Below are positions 51,412 through 61,978 of a stretch of DNA of 64,000 nucleotides, one piece after another. The translations under genes were made by a program, and so were the position numbers. The notes beneath the pieces were generated by a model, which worked only from the letters and a program-made list of their open reading frames with translations, was not told where the DNA came from and did no database searches. Source of the stretch: Ignavibacteriota bacterium (lineage in GTDB: Bacteria > Bacteroidota > Ignavibacteria > UBA10030 > UBA6906). The DNA is taken from contig CAWEHG010000034.1 of the NCBI GenBank assembly GCA_963808715.1, positions 35,909 through 99,908 on the forward strand, given 5' to 3'. Every line of letters begins with the position of its first letter. Position 1 is the stretch's first letter.

Positions 51412-52905
51412 ATGAACACCCGCAGGATCGCCATCGACCCGATCACCCGCCTCGAAGGGCACGGGAAGATCGACATCCTCCTCGACGAGCGGGGCGAGGT
51501 GTCAAAGGCCTACTACCAGATCCCGGAGCTCCGCGGGTTCGAGGTGTTCACCCGCGGCCGGCCCGCGGAGGAAATGCCCCAGATCACCAGCCGGATCTGC
51601 GGCGTCTGTCCCACCGCCCACCATATGGCGGCGACCAAGGCCCTCGACGACCTGTACAAGGTGGTCCCGCCCCGTCCGGCACTCAAGATCCGCGAGCTCA
51701 TCTACAATACATTCATGCTGGAGGACCACGCGCTCCACGTGTACGTGCTGGGGGGACCGGATTTCATTGTCGGTCCGACCGCACCCAAGTCGGAGCGAAA
51801 CGTGCTCGGGGTCATCAACAAGGTCGGCATCGAGACCGGCAAACGGGTCATCGCCATGCGGCGGCGGCTGAGGGACTTCATCACGCAGGTGGGTGGCAAG
51901 GTCATCCACCCGGTCTTCGGACTCCCCGGAGGGGTGGCCAAAGGGATCTCCCCGGACCAGGTCGCCCCGCTCCGCGAACTCGCCGCCGACGGCGTGGAGT
52001 TCGCACGGTTCACGCTCGAGGTCTTCCGTTCCCTGGTGCTGTCGAACGACGAGTACCTGCGCCTGATCACGGGCGGCATCTACACACACCGCACCTCCTA
52101 CATGGGGCTGGTGGACGACCAGCAACGGGTGAACTTCTACGATGGACGCCTCCGGGTGGTGGACCCCGGGGGGGAACAGTTCGCGCTCTTCCCGGCCCAG
52201 GAGTATCTGCAGCACATCGCGGAGCACGTGGAACCCTGGAGCTACGTGAAGTTCTGCTATCTTCGCAAGACCGGCTGGAACGGCTTTGTCGAAGGGAAAG
52301 AGGGGGGCGTGTACGCCGTAGCGCCGCTCGCGCGGTTGAACGCGGCGAAGGGCATGGCCACGCCGCTGGCGCAGGCGGCCTACGAAGAATACGTGAAGAC
52401 CCTCGGCGGGACCCCGGTGCACCACACGCTGGCGAACCACTGGGCCCGCATCGTCGAGATGCTGCAGGCTGCCGAGACCATACAGATCCTCGCCAACGAT
52501 CCGGAGATCACGTCGCACGATCTCCGGGTCCTGCCGACGGCCACCCCCACCTCGGGGATCGGCGTGGTCGAGGCGCCGCGCGGGACGCTGCTGCACCACT
52601 ACGAGACCGACGACCGCGGGATCATCACGCGGGCGAACCTCATCGTGGCGACGCAGAACAATGCCGCCCGGATCGCCATGAGCGTCGAGAAGGCGGCGCG
52701 GGAACTGATCCACGATGGGAAGGCGGACGACGGGCTGCTGAACATGATCGAGATGGCCTTCCGGGCGTACGATCCCTGTAACGCCTGCGCCACCCACACG
52801 CTTCCCGGCCAGGTGCCGCTGGTGATCCGGCTCTTCGACAGCGATCATACGCAGGTCGGCGAGCTGCGCCGGACCCCACCCGGGTCCGCACGGGGTCCCG
52901 CATGA
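51412..52905 (+). CDS. mvhA: NiFe hydrogenase large subunit, group 3c (MvhA-like)
   Basis: N-terminal RICGVCP and C-terminal DPCNACATH NiFe ligand motifs, then a cleavable C-terminal extension. Confidence 0.8.
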   Translation: MNTRRIAIDPITRLEGHGKIDILLDERGEVSKAYYQIPELRGFEVFTRGRPAEEMPQITSRICGVCPTAHHMAATKALDDLYKVVPPRPALKIRELIYNTFMLEDHALHVYVLGGPDFIVGPTAPKSERNVLGVINKVGIETGKRVIAMRRRLRDFITQVGGKVIHPVFGLPGGVAKGISPDQVAPLRELAADGVEFARFTLEVFRSLVLSNDEYLRLITGGIYTHRTSYMGLVDDQQRVNFYDGRLRVVDPGGEQFALFPAQEYLQHIAEHVEPWSYVKFCYLRKTGWNGFVEGKEGGVYAVAPLARLNAAKGMATPLAQAAYEEYVKTLGGTPVHHTLANHWARIVEMLQAAETIQILANDPEITSHDLRVLPTATPTSGIGVVEAPRGTLLHHYETDDRGIITRANLIVATQNNAARIAMSVEKAARELIHDGKADDGLLNMIEMAFRAYDPCNACATHTLPGQVPLVIRLFDSDHTQVGELRRTPPGSARGPA

Positions 52906-53390
52906 AGGGAGAGCCACGCACGCTCCTGCTTGCGCTTGGCAACGACCTGCTGGGCGACGATGCCGTGGGTCTGGAAGCCGCGCGGGAGATCGCGCGGTCT
53001 TCCCCTGACGGCGTGGAGATCGTCGAGGCTGCCGCGGGAGGGTTCGCCCTGCTGGACCTGCTGGAAGGATACCGCGAAGCGGTCATTGTGGATGCGGTGG
53101 CCACCGGAACGTTCCCGCCCGGCACGGTCCGCGAGGTGCTCCCGGAGGAATTCGCCACTCTGGCCCCCGCCTCGCCCCACTACGCCGGACTCCCGCACCT
53201 GATGCAGTTGGCCGCACAGCTCGGCATGACCGTACCTGACCGGTTGCGGATCATCGTGATGGAAGTGGAGGATCCCCATCTCCTCCACGAAGGGTTGAGC
53301 GAGACGGCACGCGCCGCACTTCCCGCCCTCGTGCTTCGCCTTCGCGCTGCCCTCACGGAGATGGCCCCGGCCCAACGCACTCCGGCCTGA
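52902..53390 (+). CDS. Hydrogenase maturation endopeptidase (HycI/FrhD/HyaD family)
   Basis: LLLALGNDLLGDDAVG...VDAV are protease family motifs. ATGA overlap with mvhA. Confidence 0.7.
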   Translation: MKGEPRTLLLALGNDLLGDDAVGLEAAREIARSSPDGVEIVEAAAGGFALLDLLEGYREAVIVDAVATGTFPPGTVREVLPEEFATLAPASPHYAGLPHLMQLAAQLGMTVPDRLRIIVMEVEDPHLLHEGLSETARAALPALVLRLRAALTEMAPAQRTPA

Positions 53391-53415
53391 TCGTCCCCTG
53401 TCCTCACTCCAGCGG

Positions 53416-54021
53416 TCACCAGCCCGCGCCGATCGTCTCCTCGAACGTTGCGTACGCCGCCATCCGCCCGTACTGCCCGAAGGAGAACATCGCGACCTGC
53501 TCTGGCTCCTCCGGCAAGCCCTCCGGAAGCGGATGGGGAGCCTCCAGATGATAGAGGTGGCTCTTGACCAGAAAGTCGACCTGGGCGGTCACATACCGGG
53601 GATCCCGCCCGGCGGCCTTGGCGTCCGCGGAAACGGAAAGGATCCTCACGCCGGTCCTGGAGAATTCGGCGGACGCTTTGAACACCAGCGCGCCGGTCCA
53701 GCTGCGGGCGAAGTAGAGCTGACCGTCGAACAGGAAGATATCCCACTTCTCTTCCATCTCGCCGGCGAGGTACACCGGGCCGTCGATCACCCCCTTGAGG
53801 GGAGGATACTCCAGGCCGCACGGAACCAGAAGGGTATTGACGGGCAGTCGGCTGCGGACGTGTTCCCCCTGCGAACTTCGGAGCATCGCAAAAGTATTTG
53901 CCACCGACGGTTCGCCGGTGGAGCTCACCAGTTGACGGGCGAACTCCCTGCAGTCGAGGCAGCGGATGCCGAAGCGGTTTTCGGCGGGGGCGAGCCAGCG
54001 CGGAGGAGCGGTGTGCTTCAT
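53416..54021 (-). CDS. Hypothetical protein (201 aa)
   Basis: An ORF with coding-like composition between the two hydrogenase loci. No recognised motif. Start chosen at MKHTAPP. Confidence 0.4.
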   Translation of the reverse strand: MKHTAPPRWLAPAENRFGIRCLDCREFARQLVSSTGEPSVANTFAMLRSSQGEHVRSRLPVNTLLVPCGLEYPPLKGVIDGPVYLAGEMEEKWDIFLFDGQLYFARSWTGALVFKASAEFSRTGVRILSVSADAKAAGRDPRYVTAQVDFLVKSHLYHLEAPHPLPEGLPEEPEQVAMFSFGQYGRMAAYATFEETIGAGW

Positions 54022-54114
54022 GGACGGTTCTTCACGCAGGGAACATACTAAACCTCCCCGAAAGAAAACAGGCCCCCGTTTGCAACTCCGGCACCTCCCT
54101 CCTATATTTCTTGC

Positions 54115-54942
54115 ATGAATCCAGCGGACACACCGGCGAAACGTACCGTTCTGGTGACCGGTGCAACGGACGGCATCGGCAGGGAAACGGCCCTGGCGCT
54201 CGCCGGGCGCGGCATGCGGGTTCTCGTGCACGGCCGGGATCGCCGGCGCACGGAGAACACCTGCGATGATCTCCGTGCCAGGGTCCCCGGAACGCAGCCC
54301 GAACCGCTGGTGGCGGACCTCTCCTCGCTGGCCACCGTGCGGTCACTGGCGGCCGAGGTCCGCTCCCGCACGGACCGGCTGGACGTGCTCATCCACAATG
54401 CCGGTGTGTTCATGAAACGCCGGCAGTTGTCGGGAGACGGCTACGAAATGACCTTCGCCGTCAACCATCTTGCGCCGTTCCTCCTGACGGCCCTCCTCGG
54501 CGACCTGCTCGCCGCCTCGGCGCCGGCCCGGGTGGTGACCGTCAGCTCCGTCGCCCACCAGCGCGGGAAACTGGACTTTGACAACCTTCAATCGGAGCGG
54601 TCGTTCGACGGCTACGGGGCCTATTCCGCTTCCAAGCTTGCCAACGTGCTGTTCGCCTTTGAGCTCGCCGCGAGGAAGCGTCTGGAGGGCATCACCAGCA
54701 ACGCGCTGCATCCCGGCGTGGTGACGACCAAGCTGCTGCACGAGGGGTTCGGGAGCACCGGGATCAGCCCGGCTGACGGGGCACGGAACTCGGTCTACCT
54801 CGCGACGTCCCCCGAGGTGGAAGGGATCAGCGGGATGTACTTCGACAATTGCCGTCCGGGCCGCGTCGCGCCGGCCGCGGAACAGGCGGACCTGCGCGAA
54901 CGGCTCTGGATCGTCAGCGAAGAGCTTACGGGGCTCTCATGA
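54115..54942 (+). CDS. SDR family oxidoreductase (retinol dehydrogenase/WWOX-like clade)
   Basis: VLVTGATDGIGRE, NAG, and YSASK catalytic motif. Confidence 0.75.
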   Translation: MNPADTPAKRTVLVTGATDGIGRETALALAGRGMRVLVHGRDRRRTENTCDDLRARVPGTQPEPLVADLSSLATVRSLAAEVRSRTDRLDVLIHNAGVFMKRRQLSGDGYEMTFAVNHLAPFLLTALLGDLLAASAPARVVTVSSVAHQRGKLDFDNLQSERSFDGYGAYSASKLANVLFAFELAARKRLEGITSNALHPGVVTTKLLHEGFGSTGISPADGARNSVYLATSPEVEGISGMYFDNCRPGRVAPAAEQADLRERLWIVSEELTGLS

Positions 54943-54990
54943 ATCGGATCCTCCGCGGTACGATGGACGGCCCTCCTTGCGTGGCCTTGC

Positions 54991-55398
54991 ATGGCGCTCG
55001 CTCAGCACACCGAAGGGTTCATCGGATTCCGCTGGGGGACGCCTCTGCAGGAGATCCGCCAGAAACTGGAGCTGACCCCGGTCCGGGAGGAAGGCCGGTA
55101 CGCTCTGTACGAGCTCGGGGATCTGCCGTTCGAGGGGATCGACCTCCGTGGCTGCGGCCTGGAATTCGTGGACGGAAGGTTGTCCGGGGGATTCTGCCAG
55201 ACCAGGGGAGTGGAAGATGCCCGCCTCCTGAGGCTCCGCCTGGAGCACCAGCTCGGCAGGCCTCTGAGCGTCAGGCAATACACGGCGCAGTGGGCCGGCC
55301 CCGACACCTTTGCGGACTATGACGAGGACGCAACCGGGAACGCCTATCTGTACATCTATTCCCGGAGACTGAACAAACCCGTGGAGCCGGAGCACTGA
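54991..55398 (+). CDS. Small hypothetical protein. A likely signal peptide is encoded just upstream in another frame, so there may be a frameshift near 54955.
   Basis: ORF MALAQHTEGF.... Upstream, ...RWTALLAWPCMALAQ looks like a signal peptide, and MNRILR at 54940 in a third frame suggests a shifted true start. Confidence 0.35.
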   Translation: MALAQHTEGFIGFRWGTPLQEIRQKLELTPVREEGRYALYELGDLPFEGIDLRGCGLEFVDGRLSGGFCQTRGVEDARLLRLRLEHQLGRPLSVRQYTAQWAGPDTFADYDEDATGNAYLYIYSRRLNKPVEPEH

Positions 55399-55401
55399 CC
55401 G

Positions 55402-55761
55402 ATGCACGAACTCTCGATCGCCCAGAGCATCCTCGAGATCGTCTTCGACCACGTGCCTGCGCCACAGCGCCCGCTGGTCCGGACCGTGCGCGTCCGGGTG
55501 GGCGCCGCCTCCGGTGTCGTACCGGAATCTCTCGAGTTCTGTTTTTCCGCGGTGGTCGTGGAAGGCCCCCTGGCGTCGGCCACGATCGAGATCGAGTCGG
55601 TTCCGTTCGTTCTGCGTTGCGGAGCCTGCGGAGCAGAGACCTCCGCCGAGAGCGGCATCCCGATCTGTGCGAACTGCGGGGCACCCGCAGAGATCCTTTC
55701 CGGCACCGAACTCCAGGTGAAGGAGATCGAGCTCGCCGAACCATCCACGGGAGCATCATGA
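55402..55761 (+). CDS. hypA: Hydrogenase nickel-incorporation / maturation factor HypA
   Basis: MHELSIAQSILE start; CGACG...CANCG zinc motifs. Confidence 0.8.
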   Translation: MHELSIAQSILEIVFDHVPAPQRPLVRTVRVRVGAASGVVPESLEFCFSAVVVEGPLASATIEIESVPFVLRCGACGAETSAESGIPICANCGAPAEILSGTELQVKEIELAEPSTGAS

Positions 55762-56411
55762 ACGTCATTACCATCGAACGCAGGGTCCTGGAAAAGAACG
55801 ACGAGATCGCCGCACGGAACCGGGAGAAGCTCCGGAAGCACGGGATCTTCACGATCAACATGGTCAGTTCCCCCGGTGCCGGCAAGACCAGCATTCTCGA
55901 GCGGTCGCTGGACATTCTGAAGAGGGACGTTCGCGTCGCGGTGATCGAGGGAGACGTCCAGACCGACCTCGATGCGCAACGGGTGGCGCGGTACGGAGTG
56001 CCGGCGGTGCAGATCGTCACCCGCGGCGGCTGCCATCTGGAAGCCAACCTCGTGAGCGACGCGCTCGGGACGCTCGACCTGGCGACAACGGACCTGCTCA
56101 TCATCGAGAACGTCGGGAACCTGGTCTGCCCTTCGAACTACGACCTGGGAGAGGACCTCAAAGTCGTGGTGGCGAGCACGGCAGAGGGTGACGACAAGCC
56201 GCTCAAATATCCGGCGATGTTTCGCAAGGCCGACGTCCTGATCATCAACAAGATCGACCTCGTTCCGTACGTCAACTCCAACCTCGTCATCCTGCGTGGC
56301 AACGCCCTGCAGGTCAACCCCTCTCTGACGGTCTTCGAAACCTCCTGCACCACGGGAGCAGGCATCGAGCAATGGTGCGCGTGGCTCGTTTCAAAAACGA
56401 CGCCACACTGA
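55758..56411 (+). CDS. hypB: Hydrogenase nickel-incorporation GTPase HypB
   Basis: SSPGAGKTS P-loop, ENVGNLVCP and NKIDL motifs. Confidence 0.85.
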   Translation: MNVITIERRVLEKNDEIAARNREKLRKHGIFTINMVSSPGAGKTSILERSLDILKRDVRVAVIEGDVQTDLDAQRVARYGVPAVQIVTRGGCHLEANLVSDALGTLDLATTDLLIIENVGNLVCPSNYDLGEDLKVVVASTAEGDDKPLKYPAMFRKADVLIINKIDLVPYVNSNLVILRGNALQVNPSLTVFETSCTTGAGIEQWCAWLVSKTTPH

Positions 56412-56614
56412 TCTCGTCCGTTTTGTTGAGAAACACCACAGTGTCGATGTTTCCGTAATCGGGAACGTCCCCCCGCCGGTTCGCATTTCTGCCAACTCCT
56501 CGCGCTCCACACCGCCCGATTCGGCCCGTTCCAGGGAGTCCACACGATGGCATACAAGTTGCGCTTCCCGTTGGCGCTCCGGCCGCGCGCCGGATCTCCG
56601 GAAAACCTTCGCCC

Positions 56615-57139
56615 ATGACCATGCCAACACCAGAAAAGAAACCGACCCACCCGAGCGGCGACAACAGATTCAAGCTGCTCGACCGCGCCATCACGAAACA
56701 CCAGGGACGCGGCGATGCGCTGATCGAGGTCCTGCACGCCGCGCAGGGGATCTTCGGATTCCTCGAGAACGACCTGCTCGTCTACGTCGCGCGGAAACTG
56801 AAGCTTCCCCTCAGCCGCGTCTACGGGGTCGCGACATTCTATCACTTCTTCACCCTGAAACCGAAGGGGGAACACACCTTCGTCCTCTGCACGGGAACCG
56901 CCTGCTATGTCAAGGGGGCGGGCGAGATCCAGAAGGCTGTGGAGTGTCACTGCGGGACGAAGTTCGGCACGACGACCGCTGACAATGCGGTGTCGCTGGT
57001 CTCCGCCCGCTGTGTCGGATCGTGCGGCCTCGCGCCGGTCGCGGTCCTGGACAACGAGGTCGCCGGCAAGCTGACCCCGGACGGGGCGGTCGCAAAGGTC
57101 AAGGCCTGGCAGGTGCAACCACGAGCGGAGGCAGTATGA
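56615..57139 (+). CDS. hoxE: Bidirectional NiFe hydrogenase diaphorase subunit HoxE (NuoE-like 2Fe-2S)
   Basis: Thioredoxin-like 2Fe-2S motifs [10 protein letters not shown]...CVGSCGLAP. Confidence 0.75.
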   Translation: MTMPTPEKKPTHPSGDNRFKLLDRAITKHQGRGDALIEVLHAAQGIFGFLENDLLVYVARKLKLPLSRVYGVATFYHFFTLKPKGEHTFVLCTGTACYVKGAGEIQKAVECHCGTKFGTTTADNAVSLVSARCVGSCGLAPVAVLDNEVAGKLTPDGAVAKVKAWQVQPRAEAV

Positions 57140-58770
57140 CACTCGAAGATCTCCAGGAGCTCGCCGACAAAGAACGCGATCGCCAGCGGCAATTCAAGTG
57201 TCGGCTGCTGTACTGTTCCGCCGCCGGGTGCGTCTCCTGCGGCAGCAAGACCATCAGCGAAGCCCTGACCGCCGCGATCAAGGAGCGCGGCCTCGGGAAC
57301 GAGGTGGAGGCCGTCGGGACCGGATGCATGGGGCTCTGCGGTGAAGGGCCGCTGGTGAAGGTCGAACCGGACGGCACCCTCTACCAGCACGTCGACGCGG
57401 AGGCCGCCCGCCGGATCGTGGAAGAGCATGTGGCGGGCGGCACGAAAGTGGCGGAATACCTCGTGGACACCACCACCCCCTTCTTCGCCTCGCAACTGAA
57501 GGTGGTGCTGGAGAACTGTGGCCGGACGAATTCTGAGAGCGTCGAAGAGTACATCGCCGCCGACGGGTACTCCGCCCTCGGCAAAGTGCTCACCGAAATG
57601 CAGCCCCAGGAGGTCATCGAGGAGGTCCGCAAGAGCGGGCTGCGGGGCCGGGGAGGCGGAGGCTATTCCACCGGACTGAAATGGGGCATCGTCCGCAAGG
57701 CGGCAAGCGAACAGAAGTACGTCATCTGCAACGCGGACGAAGGGGATCCGGGCGCGTTCATGGACCGGAGCGTGCTGGAAGGCGATCCGCACCGCATCCT
57801 GGAGGGAATGACCATCGCCGGCTACGCGGTGGGCGCCAGCCAGGGGTTCATCTACGTCCGCGCCGAGTACCCGCTCGCCATCGAGCGGCTCCGCATGGCG
57901 ATCAAGCAGGCCGAACGCCTCGGGTTGCTCGGGAACCGGATCCTGGAATCGGCCTACAACTTCCGCATCGACATCCGGATCGGTGCCGGGGCGTTCGTCT
58001 GCGGCGAGGAGACCGCGCTGATACGCTCCATCGAAGGACGCCGGGGCCGTCCCCGCCCGCGTCCGCCGTACCCCTCCGAACGCGGCCTCTGGGGCATGCC
58101 CACACTGATCAACAACGTGGAAACCTACGCCAACATCGCGCCGATCCTCCGGAACGGCAGCGGCTGGTTCGCCCGCATCGGGACCCCGAAGAGCACCGGG
58201 ACCAAGGTCTTCGCGCTCGCGGGGAAGATCCGGAACACCGGCCTGATCGAGGTGCCGATGGGGATCCCGCTCCGGCGCATCATCTTCGACATCGGCGGCG
58301 GCACGCCGGAGGGAACCACCTTCAAAGCCGCGCAGACCGGCGGTCCGTCGGGCGGGTGTATCCCCCCCGAGTACCTGGACCTGCCCGTCGACTACGAATC
58401 CCTGCAGACGGTCGGCTCCATGATGGGGAGCGGCGGGCTCATCGTCATCGATTCCACCTCCAAGATGGTGGACATGGCGAAGTACTTCATGGACTTCTGC
58501 GTCGACGAATCCTGCGGCAAGTGCATCCCCTGCAGGGTCGGCACGGTCCACATCCACAAACTCCTGCAGAAGATCGCCGACGGGAAGGCCACACGCAACG
58601 ACCTCGCCCTGCTGGAGGAGCTGTGCGCGATGGTGAAGGACACGAGCCTCTGCGGGCTCGGACAGTCCGCCCCCAATCCGGTCCTCTCGACCCTGCGCTT
58701 CTTCCGGAATGAGTACGAGGAACTGCTGCGGGAACCGATCACGTTCGTCCAGACACCCAGCGGAACATAG
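57136..58770 (+). CDS. hoxF: Bidirectional NiFe hydrogenase diaphorase subunit HoxF (NuoF-like, NAD(P)H/FMN/4Fe-4S)
   Basis: [13 protein letters not shown] (FMN/NADH), [12 protein letters not shown] (4Fe-4S) and an N-terminal 2Fe-2S domain. Confidence 0.8.
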   Translation: MTLEDLQELADKERDRQRQFKCRLLYCSAAGCVSCGSKTISEALTAAIKERGLGNEVEAVGTGCMGLCGEGPLVKVEPDGTLYQHVDAEAARRIVEEHVAGGTKVAEYLVDTTTPFFASQLKVVLENCGRTNSESVEEYIAADGYSALGKVLTEMQPQEVIEEVRKSGLRGRGGGGYSTGLKWGIVRKAASEQKYVICNADEGDPGAFMDRSVLEGDPHRILEGMTIAGYAVGASQGFIYVRAEYPLAIERLRMAIKQAERLGLLGNRILESAYNFRIDIRIGAGAFVCGEETALIRSIEGRRGRPRPRPPYPSERGLWGMPTLINNVETYANIAPILRNGSGWFARIGTPKSTGTKVFALAGKIRNTGLIEVPMGIPLRRIIFDIGGGTPEGTTFKAAQTGGPSGGCIPPEYLDLPVDYESLQTVGSMMGSGGLIVIDSTSKMVDMAKYFMDFCVDESCGKCIPCRVGTVHIHKLLQKIADGKATRNDLALLEELCAMVKDTSLCGLGQSAPNPVLSTLRFFRNEYEELLREPITFVQTPSGT

Positions 58771-58773
58771 ACC

Positions 58774-59505
58774 ATGTCAGTCATCACGTTCACGATCAAC
58801 GACGAACAGCTGAGCGCCCGGGAAGGCGAAACCATCCTCGACGTGGCACGGGAGCACGGGATCGCGATCCCCACGCTCTGCCACCTGGAGGGCCTCTCCG
58901 CCGTCGGCGCCTGCCGCCTCTGCCTCGTGGAGATCGCGGGGATGTCGAAACTGCTCCCCGCCTGTACCACCCATCCGCAGGAAGGGATGGTGGTGCGCAC
59001 GGACACCGAGCGCCTGAAGCGCAACCGGCGGATCATCATCGAGCTGCTCGCCTCCGAAGGGAATCACCAGTGCGCGGTCTGCGTGGTCAACAACCACTGC
59101 GAACTCCAGAACCTCGCCTACGACGTCGGCCTCCTGTACGTCCGCTTCCCGTATCTGTACCCGGCCAAACGGCTCGACGCGACCCACGAGGACTTCATCA
59201 TCGACCGGAATCGCTGCGTCCTCTGCACCCGCTGCGTGCGCGTGTGCCACGATGTGGAGGGAGCGCACGTCTGGGACATCGCCGGACGGGGCATCGATTG
59301 CGAGATCGTGGCGGACATGAACCAGCCCTGGGGCACGTCGGAGAACTGCACCTCCTGCGGCAAGTGCGTGCTGGTCTGTCCGACCGGCGCCCTGATCAAG
59401 AAGGGGGAAGCGGTGGCGGAGATGGAGAAGCAGCCGAACTTCCTGAAGTTCCTGGTCACCGCCCGGCAGAAACGCGAATGGATCAACGTGGATACGGAGG
59501 AATGA
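58774..59505 (+). CDS. hoxU: Bidirectional NiFe hydrogenase diaphorase subunit HoxU (NuoG N-terminal-like)
   Basis: 2Fe-2S CxxC...C, then CxxCxxC ferredoxin motifs ([23 protein letters not shown]). Confidence 0.8.
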   Translation: MSVITFTINDEQLSAREGETILDVAREHGIAIPTLCHLEGLSAVGACRLCLVEIAGMSKLLPACTTHPQEGMVVRTDTERLKRNRRIIIELLASEGNHQCAVCVVNNHCELQNLAYDVGLLYVRFPYLYPAKRLDATHEDFIIDRNRCVLCTRCVRVCHDVEGAHVWDIAGRGIDCEIVADMNQPWGTSENCTSCGKCVLVCPTGALIKKGEAVAEMEKQPNFLKFLVTARQKREWINVDTEE

Positions 59506-59509
59506 GGGC

Positions 59510-60047
59510 ATGAAACCAAGGGTCGCAACGGTCTGGCTGGGAGGATGCTCGGGATGCCACATGTCGTTCCTGGACATGGACGAGCGGTTGATCGAGCTGG
59601 CGGACAAGATGGACCTGGTCTACTCCCCCATCGCCGACGTCAAGGAGTTCCCCGCGAACGTGGACGTCACGCTCGTGGAAGGGGCGGTCGCCAGCGTGGA
59701 GCACGAGGAGTTCGCCCTGCAGATCCGGAGGAACTCCCGGTATGTCGTCTCGTTCGGCGACTGCGCCACCACGGGGAATGTCACCGCCATGCGGAATCAC
59801 ATGCCCCTCCAGCAGGTCCTGGAACGGTCGTACGTGGCGCTGGCGGACCATCACGCCGCAGGTTCCCCGCGACCATCAGTCGATCGCGGAACTGATGCCC
59901 CAGGCCCGGCCGCTTCACGAGTACGTCACGGTCGACGCCTTCATCCACGGATGCCCCCCCACCGCGGACCAGATCTGGTTCGCCGTGAACGAGCTGCTGC
60001 AGGGCAAGATGCCCGCGTATTCACACGTGTACCTCCGGTACGGATAA
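59510..60047 (+). CDS. hoxY: NiFe hydrogenase small subunit, group 3d (HoxY), with an apparent frameshift near 59845-59865
   Basis: [16 protein letters not shown]-terminus. The C-terminal HGCPP motif appears in the second frame (ORF 59742..60047). Confidence 0.7.
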
Positions 60048-60092
60048 CCGCCGGAACGGGAAGCAGAGGAAGGAACCACGAAGAGCCAGCGC

Positions 60093-61520
60093 ATGTCCAG
60101 AACCATCAGTATCGCCCCGGTGACCCGGATCGAGGGTCACGCCAAGATCACGATCCTCATCGACGACGCCGGCAGCGTGCAGGACGCACGGTTCCACGTC
60201 AACGAGTTCCGCGGCTTCGAGAAGTTCTGCGAGGGACGGGTCGTCTGGGAAATGGCAGGCATCACCTCCCGCATCTGCGGCATCTGCCCGACGAGCCACC
60301 TGATCACCTCCGCGAAGGCCGGCGACGACATCCTGGCCGTCGAGATCCCCGTTGCCGCCGACCGGCTGCGCAGGCTCATCACCCTCGCGCAGTGGCTCCA
60401 GTCCCACGCGCTGAGCTTCTTCCACCTCTCATCACCCGATTTTCTCCTCGGGTTCGACGCAGATCCGGCCAGGCGCAACATCTTCGGTCTGATCGCCGAC
60501 CACCGCGAGTTCGCGCGGCGGGGGATCCGACTGCGGAAGTTCGGGCAGGAGATCATCGAGGTACTGGGCAGCCGCCGCATCCATACCCCCTGGGCGGTTG
60601 CAGGCGGGGTACGAGAGCCGTTCGAGGTCGGGAAACGCGACTACCTGCTCGGCTGGATCCCCGAGGCAAAAGAGACCGCGCTGCTGGCCCTCGCCGAACT
60701 GAAGAAGATCCACGTCCGGCTGGCCGGCGACCTGCCGAACTACGGGAACTTCCACTCCCTGTTCATGGGTCTCGTGGCACCCGATGGCGCCCTCGAGTAC
60801 TACGACGGATCCATCAGGATCATGGACGCCACGGGGAACATCATCGCGGACCGGATCGACCCCAGGACCTACCATGAGCACTTCGGAGAGGCTTCGGAAC
60901 AGTGGTCGTACCTCAAGTTCCCCTACTACAAACCCTTCGGATACCCCCGCGGCATGTACCGGGTCGGCCCCCTTGCACGGGTCAACATCTGCGACTATAT
61001 TGACACTCCCCTGGCGGAGACCGAACGCCGGCTGTTCAAGGCGTTCGCGGGCGAGACGGGGGCCGTCAACAATTCGTTCTTCTACCACTACGCGCGCCTG
61101 ATCGAGATGCTGTTCGCGGTGGAGAAGATCGAGATGCTTCTGCACGATCCGGTCCTGCTCGGCACCAACGTGCGGTCCAAGGCGATGATCAACCGCGAGC
61201 AGGGGATCGGCGCCTCCGAAGCGCCCCGGGGCACCCTGTTCCATGAATACCACGTCACCGAGGACGGAATGCTGACGGCGGTCAACCTGGTGATCGCAAC
61301 CGCCCAGAACAACCTGGCGATGAACCGCACGGTGCGGCAGCTCGCCACCCACTACCTGGACGGCGTCGTCCCGACGGAAGGGCTCCTGAACAGGATCGAG
61401 GCCGGGATCCGGTGCTACGACCCGTGCCTCTCCTGCTCGACTCACGCGATCGGCCAGATGCCTCTGCACCTGGAGGTCGTGGATCCCGCGGGACGCCTTC
61501 TCGCCGAACTCCGTCGATGA
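60093..61520 (+). CDS. hoxH: NiFe hydrogenase large subunit, group 3d (HoxH)
   Basis: RICGICP and DPCLSCSTH NiFe-binding motifs. Confidence 0.85.
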   Translation: MSRTISIAPVTRIEGHAKITILIDDAGSVQDARFHVNEFRGFEKFCEGRVVWEMAGITSRICGICPTSHLITSAKAGDDILAVEIPVAADRLRRLITLAQWLQSHALSFFHLSSPDFLLGFDADPARRNIFGLIADHREFARRGIRLRKFGQEIIEVLGSRRIHTPWAVAGGVREPFEVGKRDYLLGWIPEAKETALLALAELKKIHVRLAGDLPNYGNFHSLFMGLVAPDGALEYYDGSIRIMDATGNIIADRIDPRTYHEHFGEASEQWSYLKFPYYKPFGYPRGMYRVGPLARVNICDYIDTPLAETERRLFKAFAGETGAVNNSFFYHYARLIEMLFAVEKIEMLLHDPVLLGTNVRSKAMINREQGIGASEAPRGTLFHEYHVTEDGMLTAVNLVIATAQNNLAMNRTVRQLATHYLDGVVPTEGLLNRIEAGIRCYDPCLSCSTHAIGQMPLHLEVVDPAGRLLAELRR

Positions 61521-61966
61521 ACGCCGTCCTCGTCATCGGCTACGGCAACACCCTCCGGGGCGATGACGGCGCCGGGGTGATCGCGGCCGGCCGGGCTCGC
61601 GATCTGGTGAAGGGAGTGGACGTGGTGACAGCGCATCAACTGCAACCGGAGCATGCCGAGGCCGTGGCCGGTCACCGGTGCGTGCTGTTCGTGGACGCGA
61701 GTGTACGCCGCCACACCCTGGGAGTCACCGAGATCGGCCCGAGGGAGCAGTCGCCACACGGCTCGACCCACAACCTGTCACCCGCAGGACTCCTGGCGCT
61801 GGCACAGGAGGTCTACCGCGAAACTCCCGAACGAACCCTCCTGCTCGAGATCCCGGCGTTGTCGATGGAGTTCGGGGACGGGCTGACGCCGGAAGCGTCG
61901 GCCTGCGTCGAAGAGGTCCTCGTCCATATCCGGAACGAAGTGGAGCTCTTTCTCGATCGAGTCTGA
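61517..61966 (+). CDS. hoxW: Hydrogenase maturation protease HoxW
   Basis: VLVIGYGNTLRGDDGAG family motif. ATGA overlap with hoxH. Confidence 0.75.
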   Translation: MNAVLVIGYGNTLRGDDGAGVIAAGRARDLVKGVDVVTAHQLQPEHAEAVAGHRCVLFVDASVRRHTLGVTEIGPREQSPHGSTHNLSPAGLLALAQEVYRETPERTLLLEIPALSMEFGDGLTPEASACVEEVLVHIRNEVELFLDRV

Positions 61967-61978
61967 CACCGGGAGCGG

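Noticed and set aside
56412-56614. Possible sigma54 or regulatory palindrome upstream of hoxE (TTCC-N7-GGAA)
   Set aside because: Only a weak 4-bp-arm symmetry. No convincing -24/-12 GG-N10-GC spacing found by eye.
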